Assembly: GCA_965231215.1 (NCBI GenBank)
Contig: OZ246423.1
Coordinates: forward strand, 1 to 64,000
Reading direction: 5' to 3'
Length of the DNA stretch: 64,000 nucleotides
Source: Candidatus Altimarinota bacterium
Lineage (GTDB): Bacteria; Patescibacteriota; Gracilibacteria; UBA4473
Shown here in pieces: positions 1 through 10,545 of the stretch. Below the pieces are notes generated by a model. The model was not told the DNA's origin. It saw nothing but the letters and a program-made list of their open reading frames with translations, and made no database searches. Position numbers and translations under genes: made by a program. Positions within the stretch are counted from its first letter, which is position 1, and the number at the start of each line of letters is the position of its first letter.

Positions 1-3000
1 ACTTTCCAGTCGTAGTAGCAGCAATGTATTTTCTGTAATTGGGGAGACAAATCACACAGTTCCCCGGATCTTTTACAAACTTACCATTTTTCTTTTTTGG
101 TTCAGCAACTCCGTCTCCATCACGTCGGTTTCTTTTATTAACCAGGCCTGGAAGTCCTGGAGCCTCAGATTCAGTCTGAGGATTATGTACATCGTGTCCT
201 TGAAGAAATTTGGCTAAAGGGTTAGAAGCTAAGTTTCTTAGCATAGCCGCTGGACCACCCGTTAATGCCGCATTAGCAGAATTGATTGAAAAGGATTCAT
301 TCAGTGTCGCTAAAAATTGATTTCGTGGTGAATTATGAGCTGAGCTAATAATGGCTCCTGCGCTACTAGAAGAGAGATAAAGCGCCTTATCTATAGCCTC
401 ATTATTTACTTCTGGATAATGATCAAAATCATAAGGGAGGCCATCCCCATCCGTATCTGAGCTAGCTCCAAACATGGATTGGTAAGCTTCATCTAAGTCT
501 GCCTGATCTAAGTTATGAACTTCATCTGCATAAGAGGCCACTCTTCCCACTTCAATCAGCTCTCCATTTGGAAGATAAGGCAAGGTATCTAAAGTTCTGG
601 AGCCGATTTTCTTTTTAGAGCTAAAGGTTAACAGTTTATCTCTTTTGCCGTCTTTCCAGGGTAATACAACATCATCAATATTATCCCCTTCTCCATCATC
701 AAAATCTCCGACAAAATACCCAAGAGGAATGAATTCTCTGAGTTCTTGTTTCCACGTAAAACGAACTTCTTGATTACCAGGAACAGTCCCTACTTCAGCC
801 CAGAAAAGTCCTATACCTCGCCCGCCACTCATACGACTTTCGCCGCTACATTTATCACAACTAAAAGAGCCTGGAACATATTCCAGCTGATTATCTTTTG
901 GGGGCATAAAAATAAAGTCTTTCAGTTCGGTATTTGGGTTTATGGTCACCGTAAAATCAACCACATCTCCTAACTTTGGCTGAGTGAAATCCGCTTCCAC
1001 TTCATAGGTAATACGGCTGAGGAAGGTGCCTGAGGCTTCTCCTGGGAGAAAAAATACCTCGCTGCTCGGCACCGCTTCTGGATCGTAATACGCCCCTAAA
1101 ACATATTGATCTAATTCTGCTGGATCAATCGTAATATCTTTAGAAAAAGGAGAATTAAAACTACTAGCTTCTAATACATTAAAGGTTTCATCCTCCGTTA
1201 TACCATCATAAGAAAAGAAAGTATTTCGAATATTAAGACCTGGCAATAGCCCCTGACCAGATTCAAAAACTTCTTCAGACTCTTGGAAGTTTGGAGCTAG
1301 TGACGCGATTTTTATGGGAGGAGCAAAGGCTTCTCCTTCTATCCCATAAACCGCCCAAAGATTGTGATCCATGTCGGCCACAATGAGATCAGTATAAATA
1401 TCGGTATTGAGCCGAGCCCGTTGGATACTTTCAATTTTCCCGACACCAATATCCACTGGTTTAGGCGCAAAAACCCCATAAGTATTTACCCAATAAGTCA
1501 GGTATCCTTGTGTATTTAATTGCAATAAATGATGATTCTTTGGCGCTCCATCTGTATTGGCATCTAGTTTTATAAGCGTCTGAACCCCGTCAATAAATTC
1601 CAAAATTTTTCCAGCATCTCTAAAATTGTCACGTTTCTCATCTGTTTGGTATAAAGCAAATAGATCCGTATTTACCAAAGCCAAAACATCCAAAGCCCCA
1701 TCAGCATTAATGTCACTGGTAATAATCTGCTGTATATCTCCTTCTGGAGAATGCCAAAAAGTTTTTCCTAAGTCTTGTTCAAACCCATGTCCAGCTCTAT
1801 CATTGTCACCTTTTACTACGATGCTTGGATCTCCCAAAAATAAGAAAGCGTCACTCCCTCCCCATTGTGTAGCTACTCCAGAATGATTATGCGCCGCAAA
1901 AATCATGGCAGGTTTCCAATCGCCTCTCCAAATAAGTTCATTATTACCTAAAGCATTTTCGGCCGACATTTCAGCTGAACCGAGTTTCCTTTCCCCCTCT
2001 TCTTTTTGTAGCGAATCAAAAATTCCAATTCCCTGAACCCCATTCGTATTGTTGCCAGTATAAACTGTATCAAAGAAAACATCAGGATCGATTGCTTTTA
2101 TTTGGAGGCCAGCAAAATCTTTGTCGGCATAAAATCGATCTGTAGTAAGCAACCGCCGACTCTCTGAAACAAAAGTAAGTAACCCTAGTGGTTCGCCGTT
2201 ATATTCCACTTGCCACTCGTACAAGTTAAAATCATCGGAAGGTTTAATTTTAATATTTTTTGAAATTGGTAAAAATCCACCAGCGTCAGTAAATCTCAAC
2301 AAAGGTTCTTGATCAAAGGTTAGTACTTGTGACTTAAATTTAAGGGTGTCTGGAAGTAGTTCTGAATCTAGTCGGAAGTACACGCCTGGAATTTTAGGAA
2401 CCTCATTAACTACCTCAAAATTTGGTTCAGACTTAAAGTGCATCTGAGCTTGAGCCACCTTGGTAAATCCTGAGTTAATCAAGAATTCAGGCATTGCTCC
2501 GAAAACAAATTGAGGCCTAAGCTCATTCCCTAAATCTCCATTAGGGGCTATAGAACCGTATTGATAATAAGGGGTTGGGTTAGATACTAAAGTTCCTACG
2601 CCTTGAGTTTTTCCACGATGTAAAAATTCTGTAGCAAAATTTTTGGTATGTCGTAGGTCGCCAGCTTCAAACCCAAGTATCAAAGTCATCAAAGATTTGG
2701 CACTGAGTCGTGGTACATCCGCAACACGAAAGAAATCTACGATTTCTATTTCCATAGAGTCTGGCACTAAATCCTCATGTTCTGCAATCAGACGAACTGT
2801 GCCTGAAATCCCTTTTGGATAGATTTCGATTATCCCTTGTCCATTAACAAGATTTAGATCGCTCGTTCTAATATCCACTAAGTAGTTAGTAAGTTCTGTA
2901 GCTTTAAGCGAAATAGTGTCATTAAATCGAATGACTCTATTTTTATAATCATCCATAACCTGCATTTCAATTTCAATCGGTTTTTCGGGATCTAATTCTG

Positions 3001-6000
3001 CGGAAAACTTTAAATCCCCTACACGCTTCATTTCTATTTTGGCAGGATCCCCTGGAAGGACGGCATAAGTTACTTTTCCATCAACAAATCCAGGCAGCGT
3101 TAGATAAAGGGTATAATCACCAGCTAAAGACCCTGGAGTAAACTCAAAGGTTCCAACCCCATCTATCAATTTTACCGCCTCTGGAAAAGTTCCTTCCCTT
3201 ACGGGTGCGACAGAAAAATTTAAATCAAAGTCATCATTAATGAGTTCTCCGTTTTGAGTCTCAGCTCTTACAGTGGCTTTAATCTTAGAGGGTTTACCAG
3301 CAAAAACTAAAGATTTATTTAGTTCCACTTTTATAACCGGATCTTCAATAACTTGAAGGTTAATGCTCCGAGGTCTTCCATCATCAAAATAGTCACTCCC
3401 CACCTGAAGATAAGCTCGCTTGCTTGGGTCATCACTACTAATCAAAAGCTCTGAAAAACCATTTGGATTTGAGTATTCTTGTATGCCTTGGGTACGCGGA
3501 TCAATATCTCGCTCTTGTCGCGCTTTTACCGCTACATTATCCCACTGCCAATTCCAGACATGACTTACATCAAACACCTGATTACCGTACCGATCCCTTA
3601 ACTCGGCCTTAACCGGAGTGTTCACCCCATCAGCAATAAGAAACTTTGATTTTTTACTCAAATGTATCGATTCTGGGACATCTGGAACCAGCTCTACATC
3701 AACAGAACTCCCCGCAATGAGTTTAGCTGGATCGGAAATATGTATCTTGTATTCTCCGGCTTTTTTCCCTGGAAAAAATTGAGTCGAAGCCATACCTTCA
3801 ATTATTTCAATCTCAGATTCACCAGCCGTAAAAGTTCCGCCGTCAGTTTGAAGGGTTAATTTTTTACCATCAAATCCTCGTGTTAGGTTGCCCTCTGCAT
3901 CTAATATTTTTACTTCAAGCCGGAGCCCTGCTTCATCTTTAACTACCGTCTGATATTTATCGGTCACCGCAAAGGCTTCAAAACGGCTATAATTTATGGA
4001 GATTGGTGCTGACACTATTTCCACTTCTGGAGAATTCACATGCGTTGCTTTAGCTTTCACTTGCATTTTGGTTCCAACCGAAACTTGTTTTGGATCTAAA
4101 AAGAAATGAGCTTTCCCTGTCGTTACCGGAATTTGTTCGGCTGGAGTCACGGTAAAGAAGTTATCCGTATCAGTAGAATCGAATTCTAATGCAATCTCTG
4201 TAGTGAAATCTCTTTTTTGTATAACCCCATCTTGATCCACTAACTCTACAGTAATTTCTACTGGATTTGGATCTTGACTATGAACCAAAACTTCTTGGGG
4301 GGTTATACGAAGTGCTTTACCCTCTAGGTTTACATTAAAATCTTCAATAACAGGTTCTAGTGGTTTAGTAGTTCCAAGATTAGGTCCAAAATTTACAAAC
4401 TTACTAGTAGCCTTCGTAGTAGCCGCTTGTGAACAAGAAGCCTTACTTGACCAAGAAAGCAAAGTTGAAGGAGTACTATCACATTTAGATTCTTCATCTT
4501 TATTAAAAAACTCTTCTCTAATATCAACCCCTAAAAATTCAAACTTTTGTTCATCAACTTTATACTGGAAATTAGCAATACGCTCTTGCGCTTCAATATA
4601 ATCTTCATCTGTATCTACTTTGGTTGGATAAAAAGCGAGTTCTAACCCATTTTCATGAGTCCCTTTTCCAAGGATCTGAACTACTTCATAACCATCATGA
4701 ATATCGTCTTCAAAAAAGTCCCTATAAGTGCTGGTATCACTCATAGCTTTTTCAAAGGCCACTCTATTTTTTTCATCAATCCCTTTGTCTACCCACTGAA
4801 CCGCTTCAAAGAGTGCTGCTAGGTTTATACGCTCTAAAAAGTCATCAATACTGGAAGTGGGGATTGATTTTGCCGATCCTCCACCCGCTTGTGAAATCAC
4901 ATTAATTTCTTCAATTTTATTTTTAAGCGAGGCACGCAAATCAGCCTCAAACTGAACCTGATCAGCATCATCATAAATTTCTCTATAAGTAAAAATATTT
5001 GGAAAATCTATCCGATGGAAGGTATTAGCATGATTCCAAAAAGAAAACCCACGTGGATCATCCACTGGTAGAGCCTTAGTAGTTCCATTAACATACTGAG
5101 CCATGATGGTCTCTGGGCGAGGTTCATCATGAATCATCAAAGAATTAAAGGTAGTGGCTCCAGTCCCCCAAGTATCGGTAGTTACCAAAGGTCTACAACC
5201 TTCAACCCCTTGCGCGCTGTACCAAAGCTTTCGGCTGCTTGGGTCAATTCCATCTGTCCCAGTTCCAATTCCACTAAAGTAACCGGCAACCGTAGGGGCC
5301 TTATTAACCCCATCCCATTCTTCTGTCCCGGCTAAATTCTGGGTTGTTTTTTCAGCTCCAAAGTGGTGAATCACATCTGGAACCAGCTCTTCAATACATT
5401 GTGGAGTGGCTTTGAACGGGCAGTGGTGATCAGGATTTTCTTCAGGGTCTTTATGGCAGTTATAACAACAATCAAAAATCTCACCCGGCTCTAGTGCATG
5501 AAAACAACCGCTGTCCTGCATTTTTTGAGTAAGCTTAAATTCTGATTGACAGAACATCTGCATAACTCTCGCAACGAGACTTTCACTGATTTCCCATTTA
5601 GAAGTCCTGACGCCATATTCATATCCCAGAGTGCCATCATCAGCCTCTTCCAAATTAGTCGCACAAGTACCTTCATAAATATCATCGCGCCGCGCTAACA
5701 TATCTACATCATGCGGTAAACACTGTCCCCCACTAAGTCTATCAAAGATATTATTGACCTCTATGCGTTGTGCCAAGGGGCTAGACGTACTTCTCTGACT
5801 TCCCCTAATATTAGTACAGTCTTCTACTTCAAAAGATCGGGTCTCCCCTGTGTCATTGCCATCTAAATCATATACAGGTTCTGTCTGGCGATTTACACCA
5901 TTCCAAAAAAGTGGATTAACCTGAATATCTGTATAACAAGCCGCTCCTGGGTGCGGATGAGTAAGATCATCGATCCTTATTTGGCCATGCCCAACGCCAT

Positions 6001-7255
6001 CTTTATGACTATCGGTAAAAGGATATTCAAAAGAAATAGTCTGCGTATTGGTTATAGTTACATCAGCTGGAACGCTATAGTCTTTTAGCAGTTGTATAAT
6101 CTCATCTTCTAATTCATCATTAAAAAATCGCATCCGCAAAATAGAAGCTTCATCCTTGCGCGAAACCAAGAGAGGCGTACTATCAATATCATCGATCTTC
6201 CACCGTCCAGTTTCAAAGACGGTATCGATTATTTCGGTCATCCAGTGCTCATACAAGTCTGAATACCTTCTCACAAAACCATCGATCCCTCCACGAGTGT
6301 TAATGTCGGGGATATCTGCAAAAGGATCATCATCAAGAGTTTTTACTACTTCTTCACGAGTGAGCTCTGGGGCAGACTCTAAAATTTCATTAATAAGTTC
6401 TTGTTTTTCTGTTTCTGACAATTCCCCAAAAGCCCCAAAAGAAAACCCTTCTGCATCTTTATCTTCAGTAAGCTTTTTTAAAAAATGTTTCGTAAACCAC
6501 AAATACTGAATAGGTTCAGCATACTTTAACCATTGTTGGTATCTGAAAAAAGATTCAAAAGTGACGACGTCATATTGCTCTGAAAAATCAGAATAAAAAA
6601 CTCGATTTGTAAAATCTTCCTCCCCTATGTGGACTTTATGGTTTTGGTCAAACCAATTTTTAAGCTGAGAAAATTCAGTATCTATATCCTTATCGGCAGC
6701 TCTTATAACGCCATGCCAAATTTCTGGATGTGCAAAAAATCCATCATCATACACAAATCTATCAGCCTCAAAATCCCACCTATAAACAGGATTCTCAAAA
6801 TCCGTATACGGAAAAATAGTTGGCCAATAGTTTCCCCCTTTCTCCACGACTGGAAGAGGTAAATTCCCAATAAGTATAACCCCTTGTAGTTTTGAATGAC
6901 CATCATTATCAACCCCCGCAAAGTACAACTTAGAGAGATACTCATAAATTTCTAAAACAGAGCTACTTGCTCCGATAGGAACCAGTACCGCTTGATGCTC
7001 TAATGATTTTTGTATGTCATCGACATATCGGTTTATTCGGGTTTTTAAAAGCGCATTATCATAAAGCCTATCTTCTACTAAAACCGCTACTGTCCGAGCA
7101 TTTTTAATGCTTGGAGCTTGTTTTTCAGCTGTCTGAGCCTGCACCATTGACGACGGAAATAGCGGTGCCAGCAGCATCAAAATCATAATAGATGCCACTA
7201 TTTTGCGAGGCTTCGCAAAAAAGTTGGAAAGGCTTTCGGAAAGGCCGAAAAGCAT
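1..7255 (-). CDS. Giant secreted multidomain surface protein (partial, >2,400 aa, 3' end outside window)
   Basis: ATG at 7255 gives MLFGLSESLSNFFAKPRKIVASIMILMLLAPLFPSSMVQAQ (signal peptide). Spot translations at 5.4-5.5 kb and the window edge are open in the same frame, and the ORF track reports no terminated ORF in it. Contains a gingipain/C25-like N-terminal region (GVILIGNLPLP, PEIWHGVIR), Ig-like segments (AELRDRYGNQVFD) and FG-GAP/VCBS-like motifs (SDINADGALDVL). Confidence 0.85.
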   Translation of the reverse strand, partial: MLFGLSESLSNFFAKPRKIVASIMILMLLAPLFPSSMVQAQTAEKQAPSIKNARTVAVLVEDRLYDNALLKTRINRYVDDIQKSLEHQAVLVPIGASSSVLEIYEYLSKLYFAGVDNDGHSKLQGVILIGNLPLPVVEKGGNYWPTIFPYTDFENPVYRWDFEADRFVYDDGFFAHPEIWHGVIRAADKDIDTEFSQLKNWFDQNHKVHIGEEDFTNRVFYSDFSEQYDVVTFESFFRYQQWLKYAEPIQYLWFTKHFLKKLTEDKDAEGFSFGAFGELSETEKQELINEILESAPELTREEVVKTLDDDPFADIPDINTRGGIDGFVRRYSDLYEHWMTEIIDTVFETGRWKIDDIDSTPLLVSRKDEASILRMRFFNDELEDEIIQLLKDYSVPADVTITNTQTISFEYPFTDSHKDGVGHGQIRIDDLTHPHPGAACYTDIQVNPLFWNGVNRQTEPVYDLDGNDTGETRSFEVEDCTNIRGSQRSTSSPLAQRIEVNNIFDRLSGGQCLPHDVDMLARRDDIYEGTCATNLEEADDGTLGYEYGVRTSKWEISESLVARVMQMFCQSEFKLTQKMQDSGCFHALEPGEIFDCCYNCHKDPEENPDHHCPFKATPQCIEELVPDVIHHFGAEKTTQNLAGTEEWDGVNKAPTVAGYFSGIGTGTDGIDPSSRKLWYSAQGVEGCRPLVTTDTWGTGATTFNSLMIHDEPRPETIMAQYVNGTTKALPVDDPRGFSFWNHANTFHRIDFPNIFTYREIYDDADQVQFEADLRASLKNKIEEINVISQAGGGSAKSIPTSSIDDFLERINLAALFEAVQWVDKGIDEKNRVAFEKAMSDTSTYRDFFEDDIHDGYEVVQILGKGTHENGLELAFYPTKVDTDEDYIEAQERIANFQYKVDEQKFEFLGVDIREEFFNKDEESKCDSTPSTLLSWSSKASCSQAATTKATSKFVNFGPNLGTTKPLEPVIEDFNVNLEGKALRITPQEVLVHSQDPNPVEITVELVDQDGVIQKRDFTTEIALEFDSTDTDNFFTVTPAEQIPVTTGKAHFFLDPKQVSVGTKMQVKAKATHVNSPEVEIVSAPISINYSRFEAFAVTDKYQTVVKDEAGLRLEVKILDAEGNLTRGFDGKKLTLQTDGGTFTAGESEIEIIEGMASTQFFPGKKAGEYKIHISDPAKLIAGSSVDVELVPDVPESIHLSKKSKFLIADGVNTPVKAELRDRYGNQVFDVSHVWNWQWDNVAVKARQERDIDPRTQGIQEYSNPNGFSELLISSDDPSKRAYLQVGSDYFDDGRPRSINLQVIEDPVIKVELNKSLVFAGKPSKIKATVRAETQNGELINDDFDLNFSVAPVREGTFPEAVKLIDGVGTFEFTPGSLAGDYTLYLTLPGFVDGKVTYAVLPGDPAKIEMKRVGDLKFSAELDPEKPIEIEMQVMDDYKNRVIRFNDTISLKATELTNYLVDIRTSDLNLVNGQGIIEIYPKGISGTVRLIAEHEDLVPDSMEIEIVDFFRVADVPRLSAKSLMTLILGFEAGDLRHTKNFATEFLHRGKTQGVGTLVSNPTPYYQYGSIAPNGDLGNELRPQFVFGAMPEFLINSGFTKVAQAQMHFKSEPNFEVVNEVPKIPGVYFRLDSELLPDTLKFKSQVLTFDQEPLLRFTDAGGFLPISKNIKIKPSDDFNLYEWQVEYNGEPLGLLTFVSESRRLLTTDRFYADKDFAGLQIKAIDPDVFFDTVYTGNNTNGVQGIGIFDSLQKEEGERKLGSAEMSAENALGNNELIWRGDWKPAMIFAAHNHSGVATQWGGSDAFLFLGDPSIVVKGDNDRAGHGFEQDLGKTFWHSPEGDIQQIITSDINADGALDVLALVNTDLFALYQTDEKRDNFRDAGKILEFIDGVQTLIKLDANTDGAPKNHHLLQLNTQGYLTYWVNTYGVFAPKPVDIGVGKIESIQRARLNTDIYTDLIVADMDHNLWAVYGIEGEAFAPPIKIASLAPNFQESEEVFESGQGLLPGLNIRNTFFSYDGITEDETFNVLEASSFNSPFSKDITIDPAELDQYVLGAYYDPEAVPSSEVFFLPGEASGTFLSRITYEVEADFTQPKLGDVVDFTVTINPNTELKDFIFMPPKDNQLEYVPGSFSCDKCSGESRMSGGRGIGLFWAEVGTVPGNQEVRFTWKQELREFIPLGYFVGDFDDGEGDNIDDVVLPWKDGKRDKLLTFSSKKKIGSRTLDTLPYLPNGELIEVGRVASYADEVHNLDQADLDEAYQSMFGASSDTDGDGLPYDFDHYPEVNNEAIDKALYLSSSSAGAIISSAHNSPRNQFLATLNESFSINSANAALTGGPAAMLRNLASNPLAKFLQGHDVHNPQTESEAPGLPGLVNKRNRRDGDGVAEPKKKNGKFVKDPGNCVICLPNYRKYIAATTTGK

Positions 7256-7347
7256 GAAAATCTTTGTATTTGTGAGTTGGTAAAATTCTAAGGGGTTTAA
7301 GTCTAAAACTCAAAATAATCTTATTGCCAAAAATCCAAATTCAAGCC

Positions 7348-8502
7348 TTATTTAATATTCTTCACATAAACCTGGAAAGTTTCCCGTTCACAACGATGCC
7401 AAGAAAAATTTTGAATCTGATCCAATCCCTTTTTCACTAGTGATTTTTGTAAAGCCCCCTCTGTCACTAATTTGTGAATTTTTTGTGCCATGTCCTTAAT
7501 ATCATACGGATCAAAATAAAGTACCGCGTCCCTACAAACTTCTGGAATAGAAGAAACATTCGATACTACCGCCGGAGTCATGCACTGCATAGCCTCCAAC
7601 GGGGGAAGTCCAAATCCTTCGTAAAAAGAAGGGCAACAATACACTCTAGCCGCTCCAAAAAGGGGAACCAAATCCTCAAAATCAACCAGGCCTAAAAGTT
7701 TCACAGACGCTTCTAGATTTAGTTCTTTTATTGTTGTTTTTACTTCTGGATAAAACGGATCTGCTTTGCCGGTAATCACTAATTGCCAATCTTTTAAGGT
7801 AGGGTCTGACTTGATCATTCCAAAGGCTTTTACCAGCCCTACCAAATTTTTATGCTCTCTCCAGTTACCGGTATAGAGGATAAAATTAGAATCCAGGTTA
7901 AATTTCTTCTTCACTTTTGCTTTTTCCTCTTTCGTACTTGGACGAAATTCTTTGGAAGGAGAAATCCAAATAGGCTGTATCTTACTGGGTTTTACATTAA
8001 AGAGCCGCAGTACATCCTTTTTGGTATTTTGTGAAACTGTAATAATGGACTTCGAAGACTCAACCGCTTTGGTAATAACTTTTTTATATGCCCATTTTCT
8101 CAGCGGTGAATTCATCTTTTTTCCTGGAAAAAAAGAAATAGTTGTATCATGAATCGTTACAATGAAATCCCCTTTATACCCCAAAGGAATATTAAAGTGC
8201 GTAAAGTGAACCAAATCACATTTTTCGCGCCTTAACATCCACAAAAATTTAGTTTGCTCAGACAAACTATAATGGGCGGCATTAACTTTTACTTTCTTTA
8301 CATGTTTGGGAAAATTAAACTGTCTAAACTCTGGATTATTCATAAAGATTACCCACTTCAGAGGTCTTATCTCACCTCCAAATTCAATCTCGGTATGATG
8401 AAAAAGTCTTTTGGTTAACTCATAATTATAACGCCCAATACCCGTGAAGTTGTCCGAAAACATTCGGGCATCAATTCCTATTTTTATAGCTCTACGCATC
8501 AT
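7348..8502 (-). CDS. Glycosyltransferase family 4 (MtfB/WbpY-like)
   Basis: IGIDAR...TGIGRY N-terminus, HKNL, PSFYEGFGLPPLEAM motif. Confidence 0.92.
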   Translation of the reverse strand: MMRRAIKIGIDARMFSDNFTGIGRYNYELTKRLFHHTEIEFGGEIRPLKWVIFMNNPEFRQFNFPKHVKKVKVNAAHYSLSEQTKFLWMLRREKCDLVHFTHFNIPLGYKGDFIVTIHDTTISFFPGKKMNSPLRKWAYKKVITKAVESSKSIITVSQNTKKDVLRLFNVKPSKIQPIWISPSKEFRPSTKEEKAKVKKKFNLDSNFILYTGNWREHKNLVGLVKAFGMIKSDPTLKDWQLVITGKADPFYPEVKTTIKELNLEASVKLLGLVDFEDLVPLFGAARVYCCPSFYEGFGLPPLEAMQCMTPAVVSNVSSIPEVCRDAVLYFDPYDIKDMAQKIHKLVTEGALQKSLVKKGLDQIQNFSWHRCERETFQVYVKNIK

Positions 8503-8595
8503 GGCCTATCATATAGGTAAATAAGAAAATAGGAATTTCAAAATTGAAAAATATATTGATCCTTTTTACGACTCAAATATTTTCCAGTCTCTAAA

Positions 8596-8671
8596 TGGGG
8601 CGAACGATGGGGATCGAACCCACGGCCATCGGAACCACAACCCGATGCTCTACCACTGAGCTACGTTCGCC
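8596..8671 (-). tRNA. tRNA-His(GTG)
   Basis: Cloverleaf with extra G-1, anticodon arm TCGGG-TT-GTG-GT-TCCGA, TTCGA T-loop, encoded CCA. Confidence 0.95.
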
Positions 8672-8851
8672 ATGATGTAAAAGCGGAACCGATATTATTA
8701 TGGATTTTATTTTTAGCAAATTTTATTTCTAGTTTCAAACCCGAGAAGCATAATTTAAAACTACCACAAAAATTATCACAAATTCTTAGTAAAAACGTAT
8801 TTGGGTTTGAAATCAGAAAATTTTTTTTATACTCACACGGAAATAAAGTGA

Positions 8852-10405
8852 ATGAATACAAAAATAATATATATCGGGTTGCTCAGTATCATTATTGGCG
8901 GGATTGGCTGGATTGTCTACCCTTCAGTTTTAGAATTATTAGAATCAAAAAATACGGAGGTTGGTCTTAGTTCAACACAGGCTGAAGGCTCTCTTGAAAA
9001 AACCACAGCTAAAAAAATTCCAAGAAGAATTTCTTACCTTGGCCGTATAGAAGAAGCCAAAAAATTAATGGATCATCAGTATTTTTCACTGGCTACTTCA
9101 GAGATTGCTGAAGCCATAAAAGAAAAACCGGATTTTATTGAACCCTATCTACTCCTTGCAGAAATCTATCTAAGAACTGGAGATGTCTGGAAGCTTGAAA
9201 ACCTTTTAGAAGAAATGCGAGAAAGATTCCCAAATGATCCAGAACTTACCGTTATAAAGACTCGACAATTTATCAATGCACGAAAGTTCGCAGACGTTCT
9301 TAGTCTGTTAAATGAAGTAGAAGAAAACCTGCTCCCAGAATTACAATTTTATAAAGCTGTATTACTCAGTCTTCAGAACGATCATGAAGGCACAAAAGCT
9401 ATCCTCAAAGAACTTCAAAAAATTCCGGTAGATAAAAAGGATTTTGTAGTCACCGAAGACACCATTGAACAAAAGACAGACGAAGAAAAATACGTCTTAG
9501 CGCCAGAGATTGGCAATAAAATTTCTAAATTCGCTATAGCCTACGAAGAGTTTGAAACCCTAAGTGAAGGAAAAAACGCCCACCTATTCGCTACTCTTTC
9601 TAAAATCTTAGCCGAAAACAATGAAGCCGTTTTAGGTCGTGAATTCGCCGATACCGCGATAAAAGAAGATGTCAGCTACATTGATGCGTGGATACTACGT
9701 GGATACACGGAACTCCTTTTAGAAAACACAGACAGTGCCGAAGAAGACCTGCGACACGCTTATGAACTTGACCCGTTGAGGCCAGAAACCCAGTACTTTT
9801 TGGCCTTGGCGCTTTATGAACAAAAAAAATACACCGAAGCCGCCCTCTTTTTTGAAAAAGCCTTAGACTATAACTTTGAATTCTCAGCCGAGGTTCGGTG
9901 GAAGCTTTTGGAAATCTTTTCGATTCAGAAAAAATACGACCAAGTCATTAATCTCTACAAACAACTACTTGACTACGACGCCGACAGTCAAAAATTTGTT
10001 TCCGCAGTTCATACAGCCGTGGATCTGCTTAAAAAACCTGAAGTCGCTCTAGAATTCAGTGAAATTCTTATTGAAAAAAACCCAGACGATGTATTCGCCT
10101 TAAACATTCACGGATGGGCGCTTATTGCCAATACCCAGTACGTACTGGCTTCACAAACCTTAGAAAAAGCCAAAACCCTAGCTCCTTCAAACCCAAGAAC
10201 CTACCTAAATCTAGGGCTACTTTATGAAGAGCAAAGTCTTTTTGATAAAGCTAAAGAAATGTACAAAAGATGTTATGAACTGGGGAAAGAAAATCCAGAA
10301 TATTTGGGGATAGTCAATCTAGCCGTAGAAAAGTATAACCAGCTACTAGAACAAGAACGTCCCGAATCACGTGAAGCGTCAGCCAATCCTCCCAGTTCTC
10401 CGTAA
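8852..10405 (+). CDS. Membrane-anchored tetratricopeptide repeat protein
   Basis: N-terminal TM helix followed by TPR-like repeats (AYELDPLRPETQYFLALALY; NPRTYLNLGLLYEEQ). Confidence 0.8.
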   Translation: MNTKIIYIGLLSIIIGGIGWIVYPSVLELLESKNTEVGLSSTQAEGSLEKTTAKKIPRRISYLGRIEEAKKLMDHQYFSLATSEIAEAIKEKPDFIEPYLLLAEIYLRTGDVWKLENLLEEMRERFPNDPELTVIKTRQFINARKFADVLSLLNEVEENLLPELQFYKAVLLSLQNDHEGTKAILKELQKIPVDKKDFVVTEDTIEQKTDEEKYVLAPEIGNKISKFAIAYEEFETLSEGKNAHLFATLSKILAENNEAVLGREFADTAIKEDVSYIDAWILRGYTELLLENTDSAEEDLRHAYELDPLRPETQYFLALALYEQKKYTEAALFFEKALDYNFEFSAEVRWKLLEIFSIQKKYDQVINLYKQLLDYDADSQKFVSAVHTAVDLLKKPEVALEFSEILIEKNPDDVFALNIHGWALIANTQYVLASQTLEKAKTLAPSNPRTYLNLGLLYEEQSLFDKAKEMYKRCYELGKENPEYLGIVNLAVEKYNQLLEQERPESREASANPPSSP

Positions 10406-10545
10406 AGATTTTTATTGCTAAATATAAAAAATTTTTTAGAATCTCCTCGCCCAAGTAAAGCCATCTAAATGCCTTTAAATCTCTTAGCCGTTACACTCCC
10501 AAAAAGGGCTAAAGGTGTGCTTGAAATTTCTCTAAAATCAAGCCT

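Noticed and set aside
5453-5467. CxxCH (CYNCH) in the giant protein, suggesting a c-type heme site
   Set aside because: Single occurrence inside a Cys-rich exported segment that more likely forms disulfides; no cytochrome c maturation genes in the window.
746-7313. Short ORFs listed in the track across the first 7.3 kb
   Set aside because: They are antisense or off-frame shadows of the giant minus-strand CDS.
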